This document shows positions 1 through 11,338 of a DNA stretch of 59,830 nucleotides, piece by piece; position 1 is the stretch's first letter; every line of letters begins with the position of its first letter. Source of the DNA: an uncultured Deinococcales bacterium. GTDB lineage: Bacteria; Deinococcota; Deinococci; Deinococcales; JAAFIG01. The notes below the pieces were generated by a model. It saw nothing but the letters and a program-made list of their open reading frames with translations. It did no database searches and was not told the DNA's origin. The translations under genes were made by a program, and so were the position numbers. Location: contig CAXTKV010000003.1 of NCBI GenBank assembly GCA_964244895.1, positions 1 to 59,830 of the forward strand, in the 5' to 3' direction.

Positions 1-775
1 TGGACTTGCCGTTGCCCGGAGGGCCGTGCAGCAAGTACCCGCGACGCCACGGCACGCCCGCGCCGCCGTACCAGTCCTCGTCGGCGAAGAAGCGTCTCGC
101 GTCCTCGATCAGGCGCTCCAGCGTGCCATCGGCGTAGACCAACGACGAGAGCGCGCGCGGCTTGCGGCGTTCCAGGCAACGCCAGTATTCGCCGTTCGGC
201 ACGTGAATGCTCACGCGGCGCTCCTCGGGGCGCACGGTCGCGCGGTACGCCTCGCGCACCAGCTCGAGCAGCGCGCCCCGGTTCCAGGCGAAGGTGCGGA
301 TCGTCATGGTGTGGTGAAACCCGATCAGCATGCCGTTGTTCTGCTTTTCCTCGCGGTTCGCACCGATCAAAAATCGCGCGCCGCGATGGCGCACCCACTG
401 CTGACCCGCGATCGGCGTCAGCATCGCGCGGGCGGAACCGGACTCGCTGCGCGGGGCGTCCATCAGGTCGAAGCCGCCCGTCTCCTCGTCCTCGCGGCTC
501 GAGAGCTCGAGGTAACGCAAGCGCGCGGACACCGGGTGGCGCGCCAGCCAGACGCGGAACCATTCGAAGGCGTCGTCGCGCGAGTTGACCTCGACGGTCA
601 GCACGACCTGACGGTAGACCCACTGGTAGGCGCGCCCCGGCACGGCCCGCAACCAGGCCGCCAGCCCACCGATGACCATCAGCACGAAGCCGCCCGACAG
701 AAAATCGTTGTGGGTCATAGCGCGCTGCACCTGCGATACGGCTGCGCCAAAAATGTTGTGAAGCTCGAGCATCAT
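1..775 (-). CDS. BCS1-family AAA ATPase (N-terminal TM, BCS1_N, start of AAA domain), truncated by window edge
   Basis: Manual translation from ATG 775: MMLELHN...NDFLSGGFVLMVIGGLAAWLR...LTVEVNSRDDAFEWFRVWL...RKPRALSSLVY...IEDARRFFADEDWYGGAGVPWRRGYLLHGPPGNGKS; Walker A at about 2-25. Not in the ORF track. Confidence 0.85.
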   Translation of the reverse strand, partial: MMLELHNIFGAAVSQVQRAMTHNDFLSGGFVLMVIGGLAAWLRAVPGRAYQWVYRQVVLTVEVNSRDDAFEWFRVWLARHPVSARLRYLELSSREDEETGGFDLMDAPRSESGSARAMLTPIAGQQWVRHRGARFLIGANREEKQNNGMLIGFHHTMTIRTFAWNRGALLELVREAYRATVRPEERRVSIHVPNGEYWRCLERRKPRALSSLVYADGTLERLIEDARRFFADEDWYGGAGVPWRRGYLLHGPPGNGKS

Positions 776-1433
776 GGTTATCCCGCTCGAGCTTGACGCG
801 CTCGGGCACACGAAGAGAAGGAATCTGGAACGCGGGACGATTTCCCGCCGCTCAACGAATGAGAACTCTAGGGGATCGTCTGACACGCTGTCTATCCGCA
901 CGCTGGCCTAAGCCCGAAGCTCAAGGGACGCTCAAGTGCGCCCCTCGCTCGAGATCGCAGCGAGGCCATTTCTCGAGATTCCGCGCTTGAACCGCGTCCC
1001 CGACGCGCACCAGGAATGCCGTCCGGGACGGTGTTCTCGGTTGAAACCCGCGCGGGCTCGGCTTTGAAACTCGGGCAGTGCGTTTCGCGCTCGATCTCGA
1101 GGAATCGTTGCGCTGCGACGAGTGCGCGCGAGCCCGATTGAAAACACACGCGAGGCCACCCGAGCCGCTCGAGCGAAACGGATTTTCGCGAGACATTCAT
1201 CGCGTTTTTGTCCGCGCGAGAAAATCTGAGTTGTCCAGCACGCAATAACTCGACCAGACCCGGCCTACATCGGATCGGTTCGATCTTCGTTAAAATTGAC
1301 TTCGTGTCAGACGGCATCGGTAAGTTTGCGCCTTAGCTCACTTTTTGATATACAGTGGCTTTACCCGCGTACCGTTTGATGGCCTCAGCACACGGCGAGC
1401 CGTGCGCGGTGAGAAAGAACAGGGAGGGGCAAC

Positions 1434-2552
1434 ATGAATTTACTCGATCTGGTCAAAGGTCAACTTACCGACGAGGTACTCGGAAAACTGGGCAGCGCAG
1501 TCAACCTGCCCGTTGGCGACGTATCCAAAGCCATGAGCGCAATCGTGCCGACCCAACTGAGCGGGCTGGTTCAGCAGGGCAGCAACCCGCAGGGCGCACA
1601 GAAGCTGCTGGAAATGGCCGGAAATTTTGGCAACATGGGCAATTTCGCCAGCGCGCTCGGCGGCACGAGCGGCATCGGCAGCGTCATGAAGATGGGCGAA
1701 TCCTTGTTGCCGAGCTTGTTCGGCAACCAACTCTCCGGCGTGATCGGCAGCATCGCCAAGGCCACCGGGTTGTCCTCAGGGCCGATCGGGGGGCTGATGT
1801 CGCTGGCCGGGCCGCTGGTGATGGGACAATTGGGGAACCTGATCAAAACCCAGGGCTTGAACGCCGGAGGTCTAACATCCTTGCTGGGCGGTCTGAAAGG
1901 GCCATTGGCGAGCATGTTGCCCGCCGGCGTCGGCGATCTTCTCGGATCGCTCGGCGGTGCGGGCGCGGCGATGGGTGCGGTCTCCGGCGCGGCGGGACAG
2001 GCCGCCCAGAGCGTCGGCGGCGCAGTCGGCGGCGTGGCCGGACAGGTCAGTAACGCTGCGGGCGGGGTGGCTGGTCAGGCCGCAGCGCGCGGCGGGCTTC
2101 CGGGCTGGTTGTTGCCCGTGGTCGGCGTGATCGCGCTGGCGGGCATCGGTTGGGCTTTGTTGGGACGCGGTGGCTCGAGCACCACGACGGCGGCCACACC
2201 GCCCGCAGCGACCTCGACCGACACGACCGCGACACCTCCGGCCACCTCGACCGCCTCGACTGACACCATGGCCGCGAGCTGCACCAAAACCTTCAGCCTC
2301 GGCGTCAAGGATGGCGATACCGTCACCAACGGCTTCCAGTTCGGTGGTTCCGGCGAAGGCAAGGGCTACGAAGTCACCGTCACGCGCGGCGACGGTCGAA
2401 CCATCGGCACCAAGCAACTGCCGCTCGACAAGGATTGCGCCTTCGGTTACGAGTCCAAACCCGGCGTGGGCAAGATCAAGTACGACATCCGCCCGCTCGG
2501 TGCAGCCTTGAGCATTGCGCCCACCCAGACGCTGACGCTCATCGTCAAGTAA
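1434..2552 (+). CDS. DUF937-like N-terminal domain membrane protein with small C-terminal extracytoplasmic domain
   Basis: MNLLDLVKGQLTDEVLGKLGSAV start typical of DUF937; Gly-rich helices, TM segment WLLPVVGVIALAGIGWALL, Thr/Pro linker, Cys pair; GGAGG RBS. Confidence 0.7.
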   Translation: MNLLDLVKGQLTDEVLGKLGSAVNLPVGDVSKAMSAIVPTQLSGLVQQGSNPQGAQKLLEMAGNFGNMGNFASALGGTSGIGSVMKMGESLLPSLFGNQLSGVIGSIAKATGLSSGPIGGLMSLAGPLVMGQLGNLIKTQGLNAGGLTSLLGGLKGPLASMLPAGVGDLLGSLGGAGAAMGAVSGAAGQAAQSVGGAVGGVAGQVSNAAGGVAGQAAARGGLPGWLLPVVGVIALAGIGWALLGRGGSSTTTAATPPAATSTDTTATPPATSTASTDTMAASCTKTFSLGVKDGDTVTNGFQFGGSGEGKGYEVTVTRGDGRTIGTKQLPLDKDCAFGYESKPGVGKIKYDIRPLGAALSIAPTQTLTLIVK

Positions 2553-2568
2553 ACCTTTTCGCTCGAGC

Positions 2569-2600
2569 ACCCGGACGCGTCAACGTCCGGGTTTTTTGTT
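2569..2600 (+). terminator. Rho-independent terminator
   Basis: ACCCGGACG-cgtcaa-CGTCCGGGT followed by a T tract just after the stop at 2552. Confidence 0.75.
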
Positions 2601-2630
2601 GGTCGAATATCGAGCTATCACGTTCAACTC

Positions 2631-2760
2631 AGATCAAATCCGTTTTGATTTGATCTGTATGTTGATCAAATCAAAACCGCGCTGTGGCGCGTAGGATGCG
2701 AATGAAATCGTCCGGAACTGAAGGGGCGAAGCCGCGCAAGTGAAAGACGATTTCATATCA
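2631..2760. mobile_element. MITE-like repeat, copy 1
   Basis: About 130 bp homologous to 18027-18157; internal inverted repeats GTTTTGATTTGATC/GATCAAATCAAAAC and ATGAAATCGTC/GACGATTTCAT. Confidence 0.6.
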
Positions 2761-2890
2761 AGCATTCCGGATGGCTCGAGTCTCGATATTCGACCTCTCG
2801 AGAAAGCCTGCGAGACTGATTCTCGAGGGAAGGATAACCGCGTTGCGTCTCGCACGAGCGTGGCTGTTACCCTTACAGGACAGGGTTTTT

Positions 2891-2916
2891 GTAGGGGTAG
2901 GGCTTGTCCCTACCCT
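2891..2916 (+). repeat. GTAG-type REP-like hairpin
   Basis: GTAG tetranucleotide then GGGTAGGG-cttgt-CCCTACCC palindrome; single copy in window. Confidence 0.4.
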
Positions 2917-3190
2917 GGCCAACCAACACGTCTGATGATTTTAGCGATCCATTCGGGGTCGTTGACGTGCGAGCGCGAACAGGCTGTTCGCGCTCGCACG
3001 TCTTGGTCTGGCGACCTCGAGCCACGGCTCGAGATCAGCGCGACCACACGAGAACACCGTTCTTGCTCGCAAGACAGCGCTTGACGGGCTACTCGCGCTC
3101 CAGCACGCATATCAAAAATCGCGTCCTGGACGATGTTTCCTCGTTGCGTCTCCCGTGTCGAAACGTTTAGGCTCGAGCCAGCGCCCCGAC

Positions 3191-4879
<1,689 letters not shown>

Positions 4880-5149
4880 GTCGTTAGATTATGCCCCCCG
4901 AATGCGTCAAGCTCGATCCCTGGGCACAGTTGCGGTTCGATAGGGACGCGCATCGAAGCGCTCGAATCGGAAGCTCGCGGTTCCGACGCGCATGCTCCAC
5001 ACCCACCAGCACGCTTTTCTCGTTCGAGGTTTTACGCGCCTCGAAGTTCACCGCGAAACGATTCCTGATCGAATCAGCCTGCGGCTCCGCGTCGTGCGCC
5101 GGTTCTGACCCCTGAGGGTTGAGGTAGCCTGAATCTCGGAGGGCGCACC

Positions 5150-6196
5150 GTGCTGGAATCCGAACCTCAGTCGTTGATCGCTTCACCCGTGGACGCCTGT
5201 CCGAAACGCATGACCTACGGCCCGTGCGCCGGAGTCACCCCACAGGGCGAGTGCGAGATTCCCGGCGTGCCCTGTCCGTTCGTTCACGGCAACGTGCCCG
5301 TCTGGGACGGTCAGACTGCCCGAACCGATCGGGTCACGCCCGCCGGACGCGCCTTTTTGAATCTGATCGAACGCCGAGCCGCAATCGTGACGGATATGCC
5401 GGGCGCACCGATGGATGCCGATTCGATCCGCACCGTCGCGGACGCGCTGGCCGGGTCAGCGGACGCGGTGCTGCTGGGCGATCACGGTGGGGCGCGCGTG
5501 CAATTCCCACCCGCTTACCGCGCCATGCTGGTGCGTCAGGCTGGGCTGGAACCGTGGATCGGACTGAACTGCCGCGACCGCAACCGCGTGGCGCTCGAGG
5601 GAGAGCTGGCCGCACTCGAGCACGCGAACGCGGCGGGCGTTCACGCCATCACGGGCGATCATCCCGTCAGCGGACACCGACCGGACGCGATGCCCGTGTT
5701 CGACCTCGATTCGACCCGACTGGCGGCGCTCGCGCGGCGTTCCGGGATGCTGGTTTCGGTCGCGGAGAGCCCGACCGTCAACCCCGTCTCGGAGCGTCCG
5801 CACCGGCTGGCGCAGAAGGTGCGGGCCGGGGCGCAGGTGTGCTTCGTTAACCACGCGGGTTCTGCCCAGGCCGTCGGCGATTTCATCGCTCGATCCAAAG
5901 CCCTCGGTGCGGACGTGCCCTTCATCGCGGGCGTGGCGGTCATCACCAGCTTTGAAGGGGCGCGATTGATCTCGGAGTTTCGCAATTTCGTGCTGCCCGA
6001 AGGCTACCTGGAAGGCATCCTGAACGCGCGCGATCCCCGGCGGGCTGGGATCGCGGCAGCGATAGACCTGGGCGAGAGAATGCTTTTGCAGCCCGGCGTG
6101 CGCGGCCTGAACCTCTCGAGCGTGCCCGCACCGGGCCGCGAACCGGAACTGGCTCGAGATCTCGCGGAGGTCGCGCGGGCATTCATGACGCACTGA
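5150..6196 (+). CDS. Methylenetetrahydrofolate reductase-like protein with N-terminal Cys-rich domain
   Basis: CPKRMTYGPC..CE..CPF Cys cluster; LNCRDRNRVALEGEL, ITGDHP and KVRAGA MetF motifs. Confidence 0.8.
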   Translation: MLESEPQSLIASPVDACPKRMTYGPCAGVTPQGECEIPGVPCPFVHGNVPVWDGQTARTDRVTPAGRAFLNLIERRAAIVTDMPGAPMDADSIRTVADALAGSADAVLLGDHGGARVQFPPAYRAMLVRQAGLEPWIGLNCRDRNRVALEGELAALEHANAAGVHAITGDHPVSGHRPDAMPVFDLDSTRLAALARRSGMLVSVAESPTVNPVSERPHRLAQKVRAGAQVCFVNHAGSAQAVGDFIARSKALGADVPFIAGVAVITSFEGARLISEFRNFVLPEGYLEGILNARDPRRAGIAAAIDLGERMLLQPGVRGLNLSSVPAPGREPELARDLAEVARAFMTH

Positions 6197-6286
6197 GAGA
6201 AACCCGAGCGATCCACCCGCAAAGGATCTCTAGCTTCGAGTGGAAAATAACCAGCCTCGCTTCGAGTTCAAAACTACCCTGATGGC

Positions 6287-6568
6287 ATGGATTTGCGCCC
6301 GCTCGGAATCGCTATCGCCCTGCTCGGATTGGGTTCGAGCATCGTCCTGACCGAACTCCAGGTCGAAGCGGAAGGCATGAACCCCGCGCAGACCACTGCG
6401 GCCCCGATGGTCGTGACCTTGAAGCCATCGAAGCCGACCGACACAGTCTCTACGGGCTCCGGTTGCGATGCCGTGCGCGCTGAAAAAGCCTCAACATGCG
6501 CGGCATCGCAGAAGCCCGCGCCAACCGTCACTGCGCCACCATCCAGAACCAAAGTCTTGACCCAGTAA
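6287..6568 (+). CDS. Small secreted or membrane-anchored hypothetical protein
   Basis: N-terminal hydrophobic segment, Cys pair, followed by strong hairpin. Confidence 0.5.
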   Translation: MDLRPLGIAIALLGLGSSIVLTELQVEAEGMNPAQTTAAPMVVTLKPSKPTDTVSTGSGCDAVRAEKASTCAASQKPAPTVTAPPSRTKVLTQ

Positions 6569-6577
6569 ACCTGTTCT

Positions 6578-6624
6578 CGAGACGTGAAGGGGAAGCGGTC
6601 AGGCCGCTTCCCCTTCACGTCTCG
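6578..6624. terminator. 21-bp perfect hairpin between convergent genes (likely bidirectional terminator)
   Basis: CGAGACGTGAAGGGGAAGCGG-tcagg-CCGCTTCCCCTTCACGTCTCG. Confidence 0.65.
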
Positions 6625-6645
6625 CGCAAGTCCGATCGGCGCTTT

Positions 6646-7251
6646 TCAGACCCGAGCCAGCAGCTCCGACTTTTTCGCCTCGAACTCCTCGCCGGAGAGC
6701 ACGCCCGCGTCTCGCAACTCACCGAGCGAGCGCAACTGCGAAAAGACCTCGTTCTGGACTGGATTCGGCGCGACCTGCGCGTGAAGCGGGGTGCTCTGGG
6801 CCGGTGCGGCATGCACCGAGGCCGTACCCGCGTTCGGCAGCGCGTCATTGAGCTTGCCCAGAGCCTGATCCGGCAGGGTGTTGTTCAGGTACGGGTACAA
6901 GCCCGCGGAAGCGACCGGAGCGACCAGGAGCGCCAACGGCCCCAGAAACAAGAGTCCGATGGCCACACCCAGCACGCCCTGAATCCCGACGTTGCTCAAG
7001 ACCGCGTTCTGTGCGGGATTGATGTCGATGTGCGCCACGGTCTGATCCTCGCCGACCTGCTCGAGTTCGACCTTCCCCTCGAGCTTGATTTTCATGAAGC
7101 TCGTCCAGAGCGAAGAGGAATTCATGGTGAAGCAGAGCGCTCGCGGAGCTTGCTGGGCGGTAATTTCCGCCTTGTTGTTCATCAAGGACTGCGCGATCTG
7201 GGCGAAGGCGGTGTCGATGTCGGTCTTCAATGCGATCACTTTGGTGGCCAT
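6646..7251 (-). CDS. SHOCT domain-containing membrane protein
   Basis: C-terminal QLRSLGELRDAGVLSGEEFEAKKSELL SHOCT motif; central hydrophobic segments; GGAGG RBS. Confidence 0.8.
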   Translation of the reverse strand: MATKVIALKTDIDTAFAQIAQSLMNNKAEITAQQAPRALCFTMNSSSLWTSFMKIKLEGKVELEQVGEDQTVAHIDINPAQNAVLSNVGIQGVLGVAIGLLFLGPLALLVAPVASAGLYPYLNNTLPDQALGKLNDALPNAGTASVHAAPAQSTPLHAQVAPNPVQNEVFSQLRSLGELRDAGVLSGEEFEAKKSELLARV

Positions 7252-7611
7252 GGTCTTCCCTCCGTTGGGTGGTCTCGATTGCGGTGGCTGGGTGGCTTTT
7301 GAAGGGTGCGTTCCCTTGCTGTTTGAAGTTTCGCGCAGCGGGCATTAACCGCGACTTAAGCACCGACGCTTCGGGTGGTGGGTTCTCGAGTGATGCGTTC
7401 TCGAACTGAACGAACCGCGCGTTCTCGAGCGGTGCATTCTCGAGACGGGGACGCACGGGAACACCTTCCCAGACGATGTTTTCATGCATGCAAAAAAGAC
7501 CGTCCAGGACGGTCTTCTCGAAACGACTCGCGCCCAGAACCTCGAGAAGCGTGAGCCTTCTCGAGTGCGGACTGACCCTTTCGCCCGCGAACCACCACAT
7601 AAAATGGGCAG

Positions 7612-9198
7612 GTGAGAAAAGCATTTCTGCTCCGAGCGATCACCATCGCTGCGATGACCTTCGCACCCGCTGGAACGGTGGTTTTGCAAGCGGCCTTCGC
7701 ACAGGCTTCAAACCTTGCGCAGACCGATACGCCGACTTCTCCAGTGTTATTCACCGTCAACGATCGTCCCGTCACCGAAGACGACTATGAAAGGCTCAGA
7801 CGCGGGAGCGCCATTTTCTCGTTCAAGTCAAAAGGTGTGACCAGAGAAGATCTGGAGAACCTGCTGATGAATCAGGCGATCCTGATCAACGCGGCTCAGG
7901 CGGACGCGCTGGACGAAACCGTGACCGACGACCGCGTGGAAAAATTTGTGATCGACCTGCGCGATCAGCAAGGATTGACCAGCGATGAAGATTACGAGCA
8001 GCGCATCCGCCAGTTCGGGTACTCGCCCGAGACGTTCCGCGAAGCGGTGCGGACGCAACTGATGCTCAACCAGCGCATCGAGTCGCTCACCAACAGCGTC
8101 CGGCTCGAGCCCGAAGAACTCGGGCTGTACATCGAACTTCACCGCGAAGAAATGCCCAAAAAATCCAGGTATCAACTCGCCAAAGACGCACTCAAAGCCA
8201 AGCAGGACGAATTCATCGAAGCCTGGGTCGAGGGCTTGCAGCGCAGCGCATTCCTGGACTTTCCGCCAGACTCGAGCCTGGAACTTTACGATCCCGTCGT
8301 GGCGCAGGTCGGCGAACACGAAATTCTGCTTTCCGAACTGAACCGCAACGTTTACCTCAACCCGCAGGTCGCCGGATTCATCAGCTCCGGAAGTTCCCTC
8401 AGCCTGGGATTGATTCAAACCTTTTTCAAACCTCAGGTGCTCGAGAACCTGATCCACCAGGAAATCTCGTTTCAGTACGCGACGCGCTCTGGTTTGCCAT
8501 TCATCGGCACGAAAGCGGAGTTGTTGGAGCAGGTTCAGCGCTTCGTGACCAGAAATCTGACGGTCACTGAAACGGACGCGAAAACCTATTACCGCAATCA
8601 CATCAGCGCCTATACCGCGCCTGCCAGCGCCGAGATCATCGAGGTGAAATTTGCGCGCCGCAGGGACGCACTCGCCTTTCGCTCGAAGCTGTTGCGCTCG
8701 GGCGGCGATCCGATCAAACTCGCACCGCGTTACCGAGGAACGGCCAGTGAATCTCGGCGAGTTACCCGCCAGGGCCTTCCAGCCACGTTTGCAAAAGCCG
8801 TGTTCGATCAACCGTTGAAGCCGAGCCAGCGCGGTCAGGTCACGACCTTGATCAGCAATCAAAAGGGCGCGACCGTGCTGATTGCGCGCAACTTCAAGGC
8901 CGCGCGCAAGTACGCTTTCGCCGAAGTTAGGGGCAGCATCACGTCCGAAGCGCTGGCTGAAAAACGGGCGAGCGCTGGTCAGAAGTGGCTCGAGGTGGAG
9001 CGCAAAAAATCCAGTGTGGCAAGCTTCCTCAAGCAGGTGAACGCGGATCTCGAAGAACGATCCAAACGAAAACCGATGACGGCCCCGAAACCTTCAAATC
9101 CGATCGCACCGGCCCCAACCCCACCTGCCGAACCTGCACCAGCAGAACCCGCCCCAAGCGAACCCTCGCCGCCTAAACCAGTTTCGCCACCGCTTTGA
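7612..9198 (+). CDS. SurA/PrsA-like peptidyl-prolyl isomerase chaperone
   Basis: Signal peptide, two SurA_N-like repeats (VNDRPVT, VGEHEI), parvulin-like C-terminus, Pro-rich tail. Confidence 0.75.
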   Translation: MRKAFLLRAITIAAMTFAPAGTVVLQAAFAQASNLAQTDTPTSPVLFTVNDRPVTEDDYERLRRGSAIFSFKSKGVTREDLENLLMNQAILINAAQADALDETVTDDRVEKFVIDLRDQQGLTSDEDYEQRIRQFGYSPETFREAVRTQLMLNQRIESLTNSVRLEPEELGLYIELHREEMPKKSRYQLAKDALKAKQDEFIEAWVEGLQRSAFLDFPPDSSLELYDPVVAQVGEHEILLSELNRNVYLNPQVAGFISSGSSLSLGLIQTFFKPQVLENLIHQEISFQYATRSGLPFIGTKAELLEQVQRFVTRNLTVTETDAKTYYRNHISAYTAPASAEIIEVKFARRRDALAFRSKLLRSGGDPIKLAPRYRGTASESRRVTRQGLPATFAKAVFDQPLKPSQRGQVTTLISNQKGATVLIARNFKAARKYAFAEVRGSITSEALAEKRASAGQKWLEVERKKSSVASFLKQVNADLEERSKRKPMTAPKPSNPIAPAPTPPAEPAPAEPAPSEPSPPKPVSPPL

Positions 9199-9273
9199 GG
9201 CTCGAGGTGAACGCTCAGCGAGCCGAACGATACCCGCTCGAGAACATCGTTCTACAGGTTGTGCTCTCGAGAT

Positions 9274-9302
9274 AAAAAAGACCGTCCTGGACGGTCTTTT
9301 TT
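9274..9302. repeat. REP-family perfect palindrome between convergent genes, probable bidirectional terminator
   Basis: AAAAAAGACCGTCC-T-GGACGGTCTTTTTT. Confidence 0.7.
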
Positions 9303-9316
9303 GGATCAAGTCGGGT

Positions 9317-9874
9317 TTAGCGGGTCAGGTCAAAAATGGGCAATTCCTGCACGGTCACGACATCGATCTTCGGTTTGCCCTGCGTGAAGACCGCTAATCT
9401 TCCGGCGACCGTGCCGCCCGCGCGCGCGATCAGTTTTTCCAGCGCCTGAATCGTGCCGCCGGACGACACCACGTCCAGCACGACCGCGACTTGCTTACCG
9501 TTCAAGCGCGCCGCGTGGCTCGAGGCCAGCCAGAGCGTCTCGCCGACGCCCATGGTCATGCTGGCCACGTCCTGAATCAACGGGTCGTCCATGTACGGGC
9601 GGCGGCGCTTTCGGGCGACCTCGTAGGGCAGGGCGCTCATCTCGGAGAGCACGTGAATCAACGGGATGCTCGAGGTTTCGCAGGTGAAGAGCATCTGGGT
9701 GCCTTCCGGCAGGCGCTGCTCGATTTCTCGCGCGGCGGCGCGGGTCAGTTCGACATCGCCCAGGAATTCGACCAGCGGCAAACGCGTGTTCGGGGTGGGT
9801 CGCACCAGCGGCAGCTCGCGCGTGACATCGCCCAGTTTGACCGTGTAGGTTTTCGATTCCGCCGTGATGGTCAC
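9317..9874 (-). CDS. Adenine phosphoribosyltransferase-like protein (possible APRTh-type paralog)
   Basis: PRT motif variant [11 protein letters not shown]; 4-bp overlap with upstream paralog. Confidence 0.75.
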   Translation of the reverse strand: MTITAESKTYTVKLGDVTRELPLVRPTPNTRLPLVEFLGDVELTRAAAREIEQRLPEGTQMLFTCETSSIPLIHVLSEMSALPYEVARKRRRPYMDDPLIQDVASMTMGVGETLWLASSHAARLNGKQVAVVLDVVSSGGTIQALEKLIARAGGTVAGRLAVFTQGKPKIDVVTVQELPIFDLTR

Positions 9875-10428
9875 GATTTTTCCTCGAGCGCCCGATCATC
9901 CAGGTAAAGCGGCAGGTGTCCGAGCGCGATCACTTCGGGGCGTTCGTCGCCTTCGGTGAAGACGGCCAGCGTGGCCGTGGTGTGCCCGCCGATGTCGTTG
10001 ATCAGGCTGGACAGGGAACGCAGCGTGCCACCCGTGCTGACCACGTCGTCGATGATGGCAATTTTTTTGCCCTTGATTTTTTCGACATCCGCGCCGTCCA
10101 GCACCAGCAGTTGCGGTTTGCCGGTGGTGATCGACATGACTTCTCGGGTGACGGGCGTCTGCATGTAGGGCTTCTGGGTTTTGCGGGCCACGATGTACGG
10201 CTTACCCGAGCACCTCGAGATCACGTGCGCCAACGGCACGGCCTTGACTTCCGGCGTGACCAGCACGTCCACGTCTTTGGGCAGAAGTGAAGCCAGGAGG
10301 CGTCCGGCCTCTTCGGTCAGGGCGGTGTCGCCCAGCAGGTTCAGCAGCGCCACGCTGACGCCCGGCCCGACCTCGATGATCGGCAGTTCGCGGTGTTCTG
10401 AACCGATTTGAATCGCATGGGTTTTCAC
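9871..10428 (-). CDS. Adenine phosphoribosyltransferase family protein
   Basis: Canonical PRPP motif [11 protein letters not shown]; ARK loop. Confidence 0.8.
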   Translation of the reverse strand: MKTHAIQIGSEHRELPIIEVGPGVSVALLNLLGDTALTEEAGRLLASLLPKDVDVLVTPEVKAVPLAHVISRCSGKPYIVARKTQKPYMQTPVTREVMSITTGKPQLLVLDGADVEKIKGKKIAIIDDVVSTGGTLRSLSSLINDIGGHTTATLAVFTEGDERPEVIALGHLPLYLDDRALEEKS

Positions 10429-10531
10429 GATGCCGCCATGCTACACCGCAGCATCGGAATTGTCAGGGCTCGAGACTGTCTGCAACGGCTTCAGCGCGTT
10501 TCGCCCGTTCCGAGTTGGAGCGACTCGAGTT

Positions 10532-10963
10532 TCAGGCTTTCGGCTCGACGGTGTCCTTGACCACGATGGCCACTTCGCGCACGTCGTCGGCCAGCCACCA
10601 GGCGCGCATCGCCAGCGTGCGGGCGTCCACGATCAGGTTCGGCACGTCCCAGGCGGCGCGGGCGATGTCGGTCTCGGATGGGTTGGCGGGGCCGTGCGGG
10701 TGCGAGTGGTAGATGGCGACCAGTTCGAGGCGTTCGCTGCGAATCGAGGCCAGCGCGCGCGCCAGCCCGGCGGGTTCCGCGACGTAGGCGCGCGTGGGGT
10801 CGGTGGCCACGTTTTCCAACGGGTAGACCGCGCTGATCTGCCCCGGTCGCGGCCCGGCCAGCAGCCCGACGATCTCGAGCGGCACGGCTTTGCGGGCCAG
10901 TCGGGTGATCTGGTCGGCCAGCACGCGCGGCAGTTCGAGCTTGTCGATTCCGGTTGGGGTCAC
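10532..10963 (-). CDS. JAB/MPN (M67) metallopeptidase
   Basis: EIVGLL and YHSHPHGPANPSETD JAMM motif. Confidence 0.88.
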   Translation of the reverse strand: MTPTGIDKLELPRVLADQITRLARKAVPLEIVGLLAGPRPGQISAVYPLENVATDPTRAYVAEPAGLARALASIRSERLELVAIYHSHPHGPANPSETDIARAAWDVPNLIVDARTLAMRAWWLADDVREVAIVVKDTVEPKA

Positions 10964-11338
10964 GTCAGTGAGGATAACGCGGGTTTCATCGGCTTCGAGT
11001 GCTGCGTGACCGGGGGGTCAGGGGTCAGAATTCAGGAGTCAGAGGAACACCGTCCTGCACGCATTCTCGAGAATACCGTGCAGAACGGCGTTCTCGAGTA
11101 AAACCAGCTCGGGCTGGGTCGGGAGCGGGTTCCGTCTTGTGGTTATTTGAGCTGGTTTTCGCGTCTGGGACGGTCGTTACTCGCGCGAGGAGACCATCCT
11201 GGACGGCAAATCAATCCCTCATTCCATGGATTTCGGTCTCAGGGCAGCCCACCAGATGTTGTGTTTTTCGTGGCCTGATCGCATCCGGTGGTGGTTTGAC
11301 CATCTTTAAAATGGTGCGGTTGTGTTACAGTGACGCGA

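Noticed and set aside
26-796. 256-aa plus-strand ORF
   Set aside because: Antisense shadow of the BCS1-like gene; no recognisable motifs.
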